From: Anaeramoeba ignava BMAN
Lineage: Eukaryota > Protista > Anaeramoebae
Assembly: GCA_028826165.1 (NCBI GenBank)
Contig: JAPDFW010000067.1
Span: 248,001 to 312,000 of the forward strand
Length of the DNA: 64,000 nucleotides
Direction: 5' to 3'
Position 1 is the first letter of the stretch, and every line of letters starts with the position of its first letter. Under the pieces are notes generated by a model. It saw only the letters and a program-made list of their open reading frames with translations, had not been told where the DNA came from and did not search any database. This document shows positions 28,048-40,543 of the stretch, one piece after another. A program made the position numbers and the translations under genes.

Positions 28048-29098
28048 AAATAGAAAAAATGAGAATAGATTTAATTTAATAATTAAATTAAAAATTAATT
28101 TAAAAATATAATTTAATATTTAATTTTATTATTAAAATAATAATTTATTGTTTTATATTTAAATATTTTCTTTTTTCAATATTAAACACAGAAATATAAA
28201 AAATGGAATACTGAAACTCTCAATTTAATCAATGAAAAGATTATTTAACTTGAAATAAAATTGAATTCAAATTTTATTTTTATTAAAAATTATTAAAATT
28301 CATTTTTTATCTTTATTAAAATATTTCCATTTTCTTTTGAATTTTATTTAATTTTTGGGAATTATTTTATATTATTCTAAATAAATAAATATTAATAAAA
28401 TATATAAAATAGAATTAATTCCAAATTTAATTATTTAATTTTCTTTATTCCATTTTTGAAATAAATTAATTAAAATATTTTATCAATTTTATTTAATTTT
28501 TGGTAATAATTTTATATTATTTTGAATAAATAAATATTAATAATATATATAAAATAGAATTAATTCCAAATTTAATTATTTAATTTTCTTTATTTCATTT
28601 TTGAAATAAATTAATTAAAATATTTTATCAATTTTATTTAATTTTTGGTAATAATTTTATATTATTTTGAATAAAGAAATATTGATAATATATATAAAAT
28701 AGGATTAATTCCAAATTTAATTATTTAATTTTCTTTATTTCATTTTTTATTTTTTTTTCATTTTTTTCTTTTCAAAAAAAAAAACAAAATTTAAAATTAA
28801 GTAAATATTTTTTTCTTAAATTTTAAAAACAAAAAATAAAAATAAAAATAAAATTTAATAATAATAAATAATATAAATATAAAATTTAAATGGAATTAAA
28901 ACAAAATAATTGTTAATTACTTATTAATTTAATATTATTTCAATAAACAAAAAAAAAGGAAAAATAAATTCAAAATTTTATTAACAAAAAAATTATCAAT
29001 AAAAAATTACAATTTAAATTTAATTACAAATAAAAATGATAAATAAATTATTTTTATTATTGATTTATTATTATTTCATAAATATTTATTTTATTTAT
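28048..29098 (+). promoter_or_regulatory. Second copy of the shared upstream region; three ~140-bp subrepeats plus an extra insert
   Basis: Aligns by eye with 23411-24160. Confidence 0.6.
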
Positions 29099-29178
29099 AT
29101 AAAAATTTAAAATAATAAAAATATTGATAAATTATTTATTAAAATTATCTCTTTTTTTTTTAATCAGTTTCTTGAAAA

Positions 29179-32100
29179 ATGGAAGAACCAGAAATCTGTC
29201 CAATTTGCTTCCAAAATTACTCACAAGAAAGAAAGCCAATGATTATTTGTCAAGATGGTCATTCAATTTGCGGAGATTGTGTGAAAAAAATTGATGGTTG
29301 CCCTTTTTGCAGAACTTCTTTTGATGATTTCAAACCAATTTTAAATCGTACTTTATTACAACTCATTCAAACAATCCAAAAGAAACCAAAGGAGCAAATC
29401 ATCCCTTTCATTCCATTATCAGAATTAGAAGTTGAACCAAAACCATTTGCTATTGGAGGAACTGCTCAAATTTTCAAAGCAAAATGGAAAGGAAAAGATG
29501 TTGTTATTAAGAGAATCAACATAGTAACTGATGAAAAAGCAAACGAACAGTTTGAAAATGAACTTAAATTAGCAATGAAAATAGAACATCCTTCAATTAT
29601 TAAGATGTATGGAAAAACAGAAATGGATAACTTAATTGGACTTGTTGTAGAATTTGCTAACCAAGGAGATTTAACTAACAAAATTCTAAGCTTAACATTT
29701 GAGGAACAAGTTGATTATTCTTTACAAATTATTGAAGGAATAAGAGTTTTACATTCAAATTCAATTATCCATCGTGATTTGAAACCTGAAAACATTTTAG
29801 TTTGCGATAATCAACCAAAAATCACAGATTTTGGCATTTCAAAAGTGAGAGAACATACTCTGAAAGTTACTTCAACTACTGTTTCCTTTGGTTTTTCAGC
29901 TCCCGAACTTTTTCAAAAAGAGAATATTTATGATACTTCTTGTGATATTTTCAGTTTATCAATGATTTTATATGAAATTTTCTCAAAGAAAAAACCTTTT
30001 GGAAATGAAAATCCGATGATGATTACTGTGAAAGTAATACAAGGTGAAAGACCTGAATTCTCACAAAATTTCCCAAAAGAATTATCTGAATTAATTAAGA
30101 AAGGATGGAGTTCAAATCCAAAAGAAAGATGCACATTGAATAAATTCACTCAATGTTTAGAAAGAATAAAACCTCAAAGTAATTCTTTTTTTTAACAAGA
30201 TTTATTCAACCAACAAAACAAATTTTATTTTCTTGAATCATATTTAATTTTCATAAACAATTAATGAAATGCCCAAAATAACAGAACCGATTCTACCAAT
30301 TTCTCCTAACAATTCCACTCCTTCAAAACCTTCTAATAATAGAACTAATTTATCTCCACCTGTAATTTACAATACAACCTCACATTTTTCAAAATTAAAA
30401 TTAAAATTAAAATCAAAATTAAAATTAAAATTAAAATCAAAATTAAAATTAAAATTAAAATTAAAATTAAAATTAAAATTAAAATTAAAATTAAAATTAA
30501 AATTAAAATTAAAATTAAAATTAAAATTAAAATTCAAATTCAAATTAAAATTAAAATTAAAATTAAAATAAAATTAAAATTAAAATTCAAAATCAAAATT
30601 AAAATTAAAATTAAAATTAAAATTAAAATTAAAATCAAAATTAAAATTAAAATCAAAATTAAAATGAAAATAAAAATAGATTGCTAAATTTGTGAAGAAA
30701 ACTTTTGGAATTGCTCAATACGATTTTGAAGCATCAAATCCATCAGAATTATCATTTTCATTTGGAGATGAAGTTGAAATTTTAGCACAACATCAAGATG
30801 GATGGGGAGATGCAAAATTTAAAGGAAAAGCAGGACTTGTACCTCTCAATTACTTAGATATAATTGAAAAAACAATAAAAATGACATCGCCACCGACACC
30901 CAAATCACGAATCCCACCAAATCAAATCGATAAATCAAATCAATTTTCAAAACCAAAATCACCAATATCTAATTTAAGAAAAAGAGAAACAAACCAAAAT
31001 CAATTTCAAAATCAAGAAAACAAGTTAAATCAAATTCAATCGAAATTAGATATTAATGAATGTAAAAAAGGACAACAAATTTTACAAAAATTTATAAATG
31101 AAATTTCAAATTTAGATGAAAGTAAATTGTTTTAAATTTAAATTTCCTTTTTTTTCTTTTAATTTATTATTTCATTTAAATTGATTATATATTATTTTGC
31201 AACCAAAATCAAAATCAAAATCAAAATCAAAATTTAAAATCAAAATCAAAATCAAAATCAAATTCAAAATCAAAATCAAAATTTAAAATAAAAATCAAAA
31301 TCAAAATCAAAATTTAAAATAAAAATCAAAATCAAAATCAAATTCAAAATCAAAATCAAATTCAAAATCAAAATCAAAATATTATTTCCATTTTTTTTCT
31401 CTATTTAACTTGATTTCTAAAAATAATTTAATTCTAAATTTAATTAAACAAAAATGGATTATGTATAAAAAAATTACCGATCACAAAATAATTCATTTAT
31501 CCTATTATTTCTATTCTTATTATTTTGATTAATTTCTATTTGTTTGAACCAACGAAAAAACCCCAATTTATACAAAATCAAAAGAACCTATTGAAGAAAC
31601 AATAAAATATATGAAACAATGCTCAAATAATCAAAAAATTCAAGAAAATGGATGTTTTATTTTACAAAAATTTGCAAACAAAAATGAAGGTAAAAATTTT
31701 ATATCTTTTTATTATTTTCCAAAATTTAAATTTAAATGAAAATTACTTTTTTTTTGCTTTAATTTTTAATTCTAAAAAAAAATTCAAAATCAATATTAAA
31801 ACTCAATAATTAAAGATAATCGAAATAAACTCAGAAATTTAAAAGGAATTGAACCTATTATTAAAGCAATGAATAATTTCCTAAATAATCAAGATATTCA
31901 AATTAAAGGATGTGGAGCTTTACAGAATATTGCTGTTAATAATGGTAAATAAAAAATTAAAAAATAAAAATCAAAAATTAAAAATTAAAAATAAAAAATA
32001 AATTTACAAAATAATAAATAATTAATTATTAATTATTAATTAAAATCAAAAAAAAATTTAATCAATTCCAAATTTATTTTCAAAAATAAAAATATTAAAA

Positions 32101-33750
32101 TAGAAAACCAAATTGAAATAAGAAATTTAAAAGGAATTGAACCTATTATTAAAGCAATGAATAATTTCCTAAATAATCAAGATATTCAAATTAAAGGATG
32201 TGGAGCTTTACAGAATATTGCTGCTAATAATGGGTAAATAAAAAATTAAAAAATTAAAAAATCAAAAATTAAAAATTAAAAATAAAAATAAATTTACAAA
32301 ATAATAAATAAATAATTATTAATTATTAATTAAAATCAAAAAAAAATTTAATCAATTCCAAATTTATTTCAAAAATAAAAATATTAAAATAGAAAACCAA
32401 ATTGAAATAAGAAATTTAAAAGGAATTGAACCTATTATTAAAGCAATGAATAATTTCCTAAATAATCAAGATATTCAAATTAAAGGATGTGGAGCTTTAC
32501 AGAATATTGCTGTTAATAATGGTAAATAAAAAATAAAAAATTAAAAAATCAAAAATTAAAAATAAATATCATTTATTTTCCATTTTTTTTTGGAATTCAA
32601 AATTAAAAATTAAATCAAAAAATATCAAAAAATAATTCCAAAAAATAAATTAAAATTAAAAATAAATTTACAAAATAATAAATAAATAATTATTAATTAT
32701 TAATTAAAATCAAAAAAAAATTTAATCAATTTCAAATTTATTTTCAAAAATAAAAATATTAAAATAGAAAACCAAATTGAAATAAGAAATTTAAAAGGAA
32801 TTGAACCTATTATTAAAGCAATGAATAATTTCCTAAATAATCAAAATATTCAAATTAAAGGATGTGGAGCTTTACAGAATATTGCTGTTAATAATGGTAA
32901 ATAAAAAATAAAAAATTAAAAAATCAAAAATCAAAAATTAAAAATAAAAAATAAATTTACAAAATAATAAATAAATAATTATTAATTATTAATTAAAATC
33001 AAAAAAAAATTTAATCAATTCCAAATTTATTTTCAAAAATAAAAATATTAAAATAGAAAACCAAATTGAAATAAGAAATTTAAAAGGAATTGAACCTATT
33101 ATTAAAGCAATGAATAATTTCCTAAATAATCAAAATATTCAAATTAAAGGATGTGGAGCTTTACAGAATATTGCTGCTAATAAGGGTAAATAAAAAATAA
33201 AAAATTAAAAAATCAAAAATTAAAAATTAAAAATTAAAAATAAATTTACAAAATAATAAATAAATAATTATTAATTATTAATTAAAATCAAAAAAAAATT
33301 TAATCAATTTCAAATTTATTTCAAAAATAAAAATATTAAAATAGAAAACAAAATTGAAATTAGAAATTTAAAAGGAATTGAACCTATTATTAAAGCAATG
33401 AATAATTTCCTAAATAATCAAGATATTCAATATTGGGGATGTGGAGCTTTACAGAATATTGCTGTTAATAAAGGTAAATAAAAAATAAAAAATTAAAAAA
33501 TCAAAAATTAAAAATTAAAAATAAATATCATTTACAAAATAATAAATAAATAATTATTAATTATTAATTAAAATCAAAAAAAAATTTAATCAATTCCAAA
33601 TTTATTTCAAAAATAAAAATAGAAAACCAAATTGAAATAAGAAATTTGAATGGAATTGAATCTATTATTAAAGCAATGAATAATTTCCCAAATAATCAAA
33701 AAATTCAAGAAAAAGGAAAATTAATTATTAAGAGATTCCAAAAAAATTGA
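29179..33750 (+). CDS. RING - TKL-like kinase - SH3 - armadillo repeat protein. Exons 29179-30178, 30285-30361, 30680-31121, 31585-31689, 31816-31944, 32104-32233, 32393-32521, 32768-32896, 33057-33185, 33345-33473, 33623-33750
   Basis: RING CPIC...CQDGHSICGDC...CPFCR; intact kinase motifs VVIK, HRDLKPEN, DFG, APE; SH3 AQYDFEASNPSELSFSFGD...DGW...GLVPLNY; a cap exon plus seven ARM exons. Exon 32104-32233 is 130 nt rather than 129. Confidence 0.85.
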
Positions 33751-34100
33751 ATTACTTTTTCCTTTTAATTTTAATTTTCTTTATTTCAAAACAATTCCAA
33801 TAAAAAATTAAAATCAAATTATTTTTATATTTTAGATTTTATTTTGAATTAATCAATCTTAAAATCAATCTTAAAATCAATCTTAAAATCATAAAAGAAG
33901 AGGAAAAATAGAATTGAAGAAGATCAAATTATTTAATTAAATTAAAGTTATTCTCATTTTTTTTTAAAATAAATTCCAAAAAAAAATTAAATTTTAAATT
34001 TGAATTTTATTGATGAATTAAAAATAAAAATGAAAATAATATTGAAATAAAAAGGGAATGTTTGTAAATTTGATTAATTTTTTTGAATTCAAATCCTCTT

Positions 34101-35748
34101 TTATTTGCAAGGAAGAGATTCTCCTATAATTCTTAAAGTTGCTGCAATAAAAGCAAAAGAAACTAATCCAAATACCAAATAAAGAGGAATTAAAGCATAA
34201 GCAATATGAGTAATGAATTTATGCTCCAAATAAAGAATAATTAAAAGCAAAAAAGGAACTCCAAAACAAATTGGAAAAGCAAATCCTCCAATTTCCTTAG
34301 CCAATTCTTCTTCAGAATAAGACATCAATATACCAATAAGTAGAGTAATAATATGGAGATAAAGAGGAATAAAAACAATTCCATAATTCCATTTGATTAT
34401 TTCGTCAATTCTTAATCCTAAAAAAATAAATAAAAGGAATAAAAAAAAGAAAGAAACAAGAAATGTAATGATTTGTTTTCGAATTTTTTCATATCCTTGG
34501 AGATTCTGATAAAATAATGTGAAAGAAAAAAGAAAAATTGTAAAAAGAAGAAAAGGAATAAAAACAACAACCCAAGAACATTTAAAAAAATTATCAACTC
34601 TTAACCCAATTAAAAGAAATTGAAGAAAAATTAAAAAGGAAAGCACATTCACAACAAAAAATTTCCAATATTCTTTGAAATAAGAAGAAATTAATTCATT
34701 TTCCTTAATGAAGCAAATAAAATGAGTTAAAAAAGCAATCCAAAAAGAGAATGAAGGAATCAAAACACAAAGATTGATAACAGATAATTTGGTATGAATT
34801 CTCTTTTCAATTTTCAAGTTAATTAAAAGTAAATAAAAAAAGAAACCTGTTACGAAAAATCCACCAACAAAAATTGAGGCTATGAAAATTTTATCATGAG
34901 ATTTTTTGAATTTTTCTTTTATAATTTTGTTTCTGAATGCAATTTCTAATTCCTCATTAAGTTGATAAATTTTTCTTCCTTTTTCGATAATTTCTTCTTT
35001 TGGATTTTCTAATAAATTAATATATTTAATTCTTTCTTCTTCTGTTGAATTTAGAATAGGAATTCTTTGATCTGAAGAATCATCTTTCATTGTTGAATCA
35101 TCAATTTCATTATTATTGAAATATTGTTTTAATCTTTTTTGTCTTTTTTGATTAAATTCTTTGAAGTTATTTTGATCTAAATTTGGAAAATTTAAATTTT
35201 GATTTTGAATTTGAATATTATCAATTTCTTTAATAATTGGAGTTTGGAATCCAAATATTTCAAATTTGTTTTCATTATCATTAAATTTCAATTCAAAATA
35301 ATCAGAAATAAAAAATTGTTGATAAATGTTTGCAATTCTTCTCCAAGTTTCTTGATCATTAAAAATTTCTTGAAAATGTTTACAAGTCATTCCTAATCTA
35401 ATAAATTCACCAGGAGATAAATATTCACAAATCATCATTAAAACTATTTTGATTCATTTTGATTTATTAATTTTAATTGATTTATTTTAATTTATTAAAT
35501 GAATTAAATTTACTTTCTGGAGGAAGTTTATTAATTATTAAATTTGATTCTTGAGGAGGAATTGATTGATTTATTGTTGATTTTAAATATTTTCCTTTTC
35601 TTAATACTTCAAAATCATCTTTTTCAATTTTAATAACTCCTTTATTTTTATAAATTTCCAATCTACTTTTATCAGTTAATCGATTTTGCTTTCTTTTTTC
35701 TTGTTCTTTTTCTTGTTCTTTTAATTCACTTTCAGAAACATGAATCAT
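34101..35748 (-). CDS. F-box protein fused to a TMEM185/TMEM203-like multipass domain. Exons 35748-35514 and 35443-34101
   Basis: The 70-nt intron joins INKLPPE/ILMMICEYLSPGEFIRLGMTCKHFQEI (F-box). C-terminal LRVDNFFKCSWVVVFIPF and LRIDEIIKWNYGIVFIPL repeats are typical of that TM family. Confidence 0.8.
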
Positions 35749-35862
35749 TTTTTCTTTTTTTTTTCTTTTTTCTTGTTGATCTTGAAAGAGAGAAAAAAAA
35801 ATGAAAGTGAAAGAAAAAATTTTTCATTTTTTTCATTTTTCTTTTTTCAATTTAAATAAAAA

Positions 35863-37341
35863 ATGGAAAATTATTTAAATTTAGAAAAACTTTCAAATGA
35901 TTTAAAAAACTTATTTCAAAATCAAAACCAAAATGAAAGTTATTTTGATTTTGAAATAATTTGTGAACAAAATCAAATTTCATTTAAAGCTCATAAATCA
36001 ATTCTTTCTTCAAGAAGTCAATATTTTAAATCTCTTTTTAAATCCAAAATGAAAGAATACCAAGAAAATAAAATGATTTTAAAAGATGTTTCAAGTTCAA
36101 TTCTATTCCCAATTTTGAATTATTTTTATTCGGGAAAAATTGAAATTAATTTAGAAAATGCAATTCAAATTTTAATTTTTTCATCAAAATATTTAATTGA
36201 TGAATTAATTCAAATTTCTTCAAATTTTATCAAAAATAATTTACAAATTGAAACTATTGTTGATGTTCTTAAATTATCTGAAGCAATGAATTTCAACCAA
36301 TTATTGAATTCTTCTTATCAATTTATTTCTGATAATTTTAATAAATTTATCAAAACTTCATTTTTTCTTGAACTTGAAGAAAATCATTTAAATTCAATAT
36401 TATCAAATGATTTAATTCCAGCAAATGAATTTGAACTTTTCCAAAAAATAATGAAATGGGGAAAACATAAATTAAATATTAATCAAAAAAAACTTGAAAA
36501 AGAAGAAAAAAAGCAATTACAAATTCAAATTTCAAATATTATTGATAAAATCAGATTTATTGATTTCTCAAAACAAGAACTTGAAAATATTTTGAAACAA
36601 GATTTAATTCCAAATGAAATTTCACAAAAATTAATTCAATTCCAAAAACTTGAAAATGAAAACGATGAAAAAGAACTGAAACAATTTATTCAAAAAGAAA
36701 ATCAAAATTTAAATTCACTAATTTTCAAACCAAGAATCAAATTAAATTCTTCAGAAATAATTAAAGATAAAGAACATATTAAGAAAATACAAGAATGGAT
36801 AAATGACGATGAATTCTTTTACAAAATGAAAAAAGGATTTTCAGGAAAAAAAGATCGGTTTAACAGTCAAAAATGGCATAATAAGTGTGACGATAAAGGA
36901 AAAACATTAGTTATTATCAAAACCAAAAATAATTGTATTTTTGGAGGATTTACTTCAGTTGGATGGACAACTGATAAATCAAAATGGAGTAAAGAAAATA
37001 GAAATAATTCAAATGGTTGGATTCCTGATTCAAATGCATTTATTTTTTCATTAAGAAATGATAAAGGTGATAGAAAACCTGAGAAATTACCAATTAAAAA
37101 AGATAGTAAAGAACATGCTATTTATTATAATTATTCAAGTTGTGGACCAACTTTTGGAGAAGGAAGTAATGGAGGTTGTGATATTTCTTTAAATTTTAAT
37201 TTACAAAATGGTTGTACAAATGCTGGTAATTATTATAAGCTTCCTAAAGGATTAAAATTTAATTCAAAAGAATCTAGAGGTTATTTAGCTGGTTCTCATG
37301 ACAAATGGGTTGTTGAAGAACTTGAAACTTATTTCCTTTAA
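35863..37341 (+). CDS. BTB/POZ-BACK-TLDc protein, intronless
   Basis: FKAHKSILSSRSQYFKSLFKSKMKE, NEFELF..W; TLDc motifs WHNKCDDKGKTLVIIKT..IFGGFT, GPTFG, VEELETY. Confidence 0.92.
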   Translation: MENYLNLEKLSNDLKNLFQNQNQNESYFDFEIICEQNQISFKAHKSILSSRSQYFKSLFKSKMKEYQENKMILKDVSSSILFPILNYFYSGKIEINLENAIQILIFSSKYLIDELIQISSNFIKNNLQIETIVDVLKLSEAMNFNQLLNSSYQFISDNFNKFIKTSFFLELEENHLNSILSNDLIPANEFELFQKIMKWGKHKLNINQKKLEKEEKKQLQIQISNIIDKIRFIDFSKQELENILKQDLIPNEISQKLIQFQKLENENDEKELKQFIQKENQNLNSLIFKPRIKLNSSEIIKDKEHIKKIQEWINDDEFFYKMKKGFSGKKDRFNSQKWHNKCDDKGKTLVIIKTKNNCIFGGFTSVGWTTDKSKWSKENRNNSNGWIPDSNAFIFSLRNDKGDRKPEKLPIKKDSKEHAIYYNYSSCGPTFGEGSNGGCDISLNFNLQNGCTNAGNYYKLPKGLKFNSKESRGYLAGSHDKWVVEELETYFL

Positions 37342-37344
37342 AAC

Positions 37345-38180
37345 AAAATCAAAATCAAAATCTAAAACAAAATCTAAATAAATTTGAAAATATAAATCTA
37401 AATCTAAATCTAAATCTAAATCTAATTGAAAATAAATTTGAAAATATAAATCTAAATCTAAATCTAAATCTAATTGAAAATAAATTTGAAAATATAAATC
37501 TAAATCTAAATCAAAATCTCAATATAAATATAAATATCAATATAAATCAAAATCTAAATATAAATCAAAATCTAAATATAAATCTAAATCTAAATATAAA
37601 TATAAATATAAATATAAATAAATATAAATATAAATATAAATATAAATATAAATCAAAATATAAATATAAATATAAACATAAATATAAATCTAAATCTAAA
37701 TATAAATCTAAATATAAATCTAAATCTAATTGAAAATAAATTTGAAAATCAAAATCTAAATCTAAATATAAATCTAAATATAAATCTAAATCTAAATATA
37801 AATATAAATATAAATATAAATATAAATATAAATATAAATATAAATCTAAATCTAAATCAAAATACAAATATAAATATAAATCTAAATCTAAATCAAAATC
37901 AAAATATAAATATAAATCTAAATATAAATCAAAATCAAAATCTAAATCTAAATCTAAATCTAAATATAAATCTAAATCTAAATCTAAAATCAAAAAAATC
38001 TAAATATCAATATAAATATAAATCTAAATATCAATATAAATATAAATATAAATATAAATCAAAATATAAATAAAATTCAAAATATAAATATAAATATAAA
38101 TCTAAATCTAAATCTAAATCTAAATATAAATATAAATCAAAATCTAATTGAAAATCAAAATCAAAATATAAATACAAAAT
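37345..38180. repeat. (AAATCT/AAATAT)n intergenic satellite
   Basis: Seen directly. Confidence 0.9.
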
Positions 38181-38319
38181 TTAAAATTATAATCAAATAA
38201 AAAAAAAATGGATCAAATTGATCTATTTTTTCCAAAATGAAAAGATCTTTTCAAAATAAAGAAATTCCATTTTTTTTCTTTTTTTAAATCTAAATTAAAA
38301 GAATTTAAAAGAAAAATCA

Positions 38320-40468
38320 ATGAATTTGGAAATTTTTTTTATAATTTTAATAATAGAAAGTTGCTTTAATTCAGGAATATCACCAACATGCCATTATGAT
38401 TCTATTGGAAATGCACCTCAACCAGGAGATTGTTTAGGACCAATTGAAAGAGTTAAATTAAAAAGACAAGAAATTTTTCGATTAAATTCTAATTGTGATG
38501 TTAATCAAATTTCATATCATCCAGATGGAGATCAACTAAGAATTAAATGTGGTCATTGTGAACCAGGTACTTCGGGAACTGATGGAAATGGTGCTTGTAA
38601 ATTGAATCAATATTGTTCTGATTTAGCAATTTGTGAAGATATTGTAAATCATCCTTTTTGGGGTTCGAAATGTCCTTATGAAACAGGTATTCATTTTTAA
38701 CTATTTTCCAAAATAAATATTATTTACAAAATAAATATTATTTCCAAAATAAATATTATTTACAAAATAAATATTATTTATAAGATAAATATTATTTATA
38801 AAATAAATATTATTTCCAAAATAAATATTATTTCCAAAATAAATATTATTTCCAAAATAAATATTATTTCCAAAATAAATATTATTTCCAAAATAAATAT
38901 TATTTCCAAAATAAATATTATTTATAAAATAAATATTATTTCCAAAATAAATATTATTTACAAAATAAATATTATTTATAAAATAAATATTATTTCCAAA
39001 ATAAATATTATTTAAAAAAATAAATATTATTTTTCCAAAAATAAATATTATTTACAAAATAAATATTATCTATAAAATAAATATTATTTTAAAAACAAAA
39101 AATATTATTTTAAAAAAATAAATATTATTTACAAAATAAAAATATTATTTACAAAATAAAATAAATATTATTTATAAAAAAATATTAAATAAAATAAAAA
39201 ATTTATAAAAATAAATATTATTTACAAAATAAAATATTATTTACAAAAATAAATATTATTTACAAAATAAATATTATTTACAAAATAAATATTATTTTTA
39301 TAAAAAATAAATATTTTTACAAAATAAATATTATTTATAAGATAAATATTATTTATAAAATATAAATATTATTTCCAAAAATAAATATTATTTACAAAAA
39401 TAAATATTATTTATAAAATAAATATTATTTCCAGCAGCAAAATAAATATTATTTATAAGATAAATATTATTTCTAAAATAAATATTATCTATAAAATAAA
39501 TATTATTTACAAAATAAATATTATTTACAAAATAAATATTATTTACAAAATAAATATTATTTATAAAATAAATATTATTTCCAAAATAAATATTATTTAT
39601 AAAATAAATATTATTTCTAAAATAAATATTTATTTAAATATATTTTAATAATGAATTAAAAGGAGGTCCAACTAAAAATAATTGGTGTGGAACTGGATTA
39701 AGATGTATTCAACATAAATGTCTTGTTTGTGAAAATGGAGTTGTTGATCCAACAGATGGAAAAATATGTGTTAATCATCAATGGACTTATTCAAAATGGA
39801 CAGCTATTTATTTAGATCCTGTTGGTTTTATTATGTTTCTATCAGCAATTTTAACCTCTTTTGTTTTATTATCCAAATATATTTTCATTCCAATTTATAA
39901 TAGTTGTAAACATAGAATCAAAAAAAAAGCAAAAAAATCTCAAAAAATTGAAGAAATGTTTGAAAATAATTCTGAAAATGATTCTGAAAACGATTCTGAA
40001 CAAAATCAAAAATCAAAATCCTTTTCAAAAGAAAAATATTTCAAAAATCCAAATTTTGATTCAAATTCAAATTCAAATTCAAATTCAAAATATCATTCTC
40101 AAAAAGAATCAAATAGTGAACATCAAATTGAATTAAAATCACTTGAATCAAATTCAAATGAAGAAAGATTTGAAAAAATCAATGAATCAAGAAACAGAAC
40201 AAATTTGGATTCTAAAAACCAAATTGATAATAATTTTGAATCAAATTTAACAGAACAATCCACTTTTTCAGGAGGATTGAATATTAATCAAGAATTTAGT
40301 GATTCATCAACAAGAAGTGTTAATAGTGTTTTATCAATTAATTCAAATACAGGATTAATGAAAGATATGAATTTAAGAAATCATTCAGAAAATCAAAAAA
40401 GAAGAAAAAGAAGATTAAAAATTGTAAAAGAAGAAAAGAAAGAAACTGAAGAAAGTGATTCATATTGA
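38320..40468 (+). CDS. Cys-rich single-pass membrane protein (signal peptide, Cys-rich ectodomain, TM, low-complexity tail). Exons 38320-38686 and 39663-40468
   Basis: Hydrophobic N-terminus; phase-1 intron joins CPYET/GGPTKNNWCGTGLRCIQHKCLVCENG...KICVNHQW; TM GFIMFLSAILTSFVLL followed by basic residues. Confidence 0.78.
38703..39640. repeat. 18-bp minisatellite (AAAATAAATATTATTTCC/TAC)n filling intron 38687-39662
   Basis: Seen directly. Confidence 0.92.
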
Positions 40469-40543
40469 TTTGATTTGATTTGAATTGATTTAATTTAAAT
40501 TCTGTTTTTTTTTTTTCTTTTTTTTTTACAATAAAAAAAAAAT

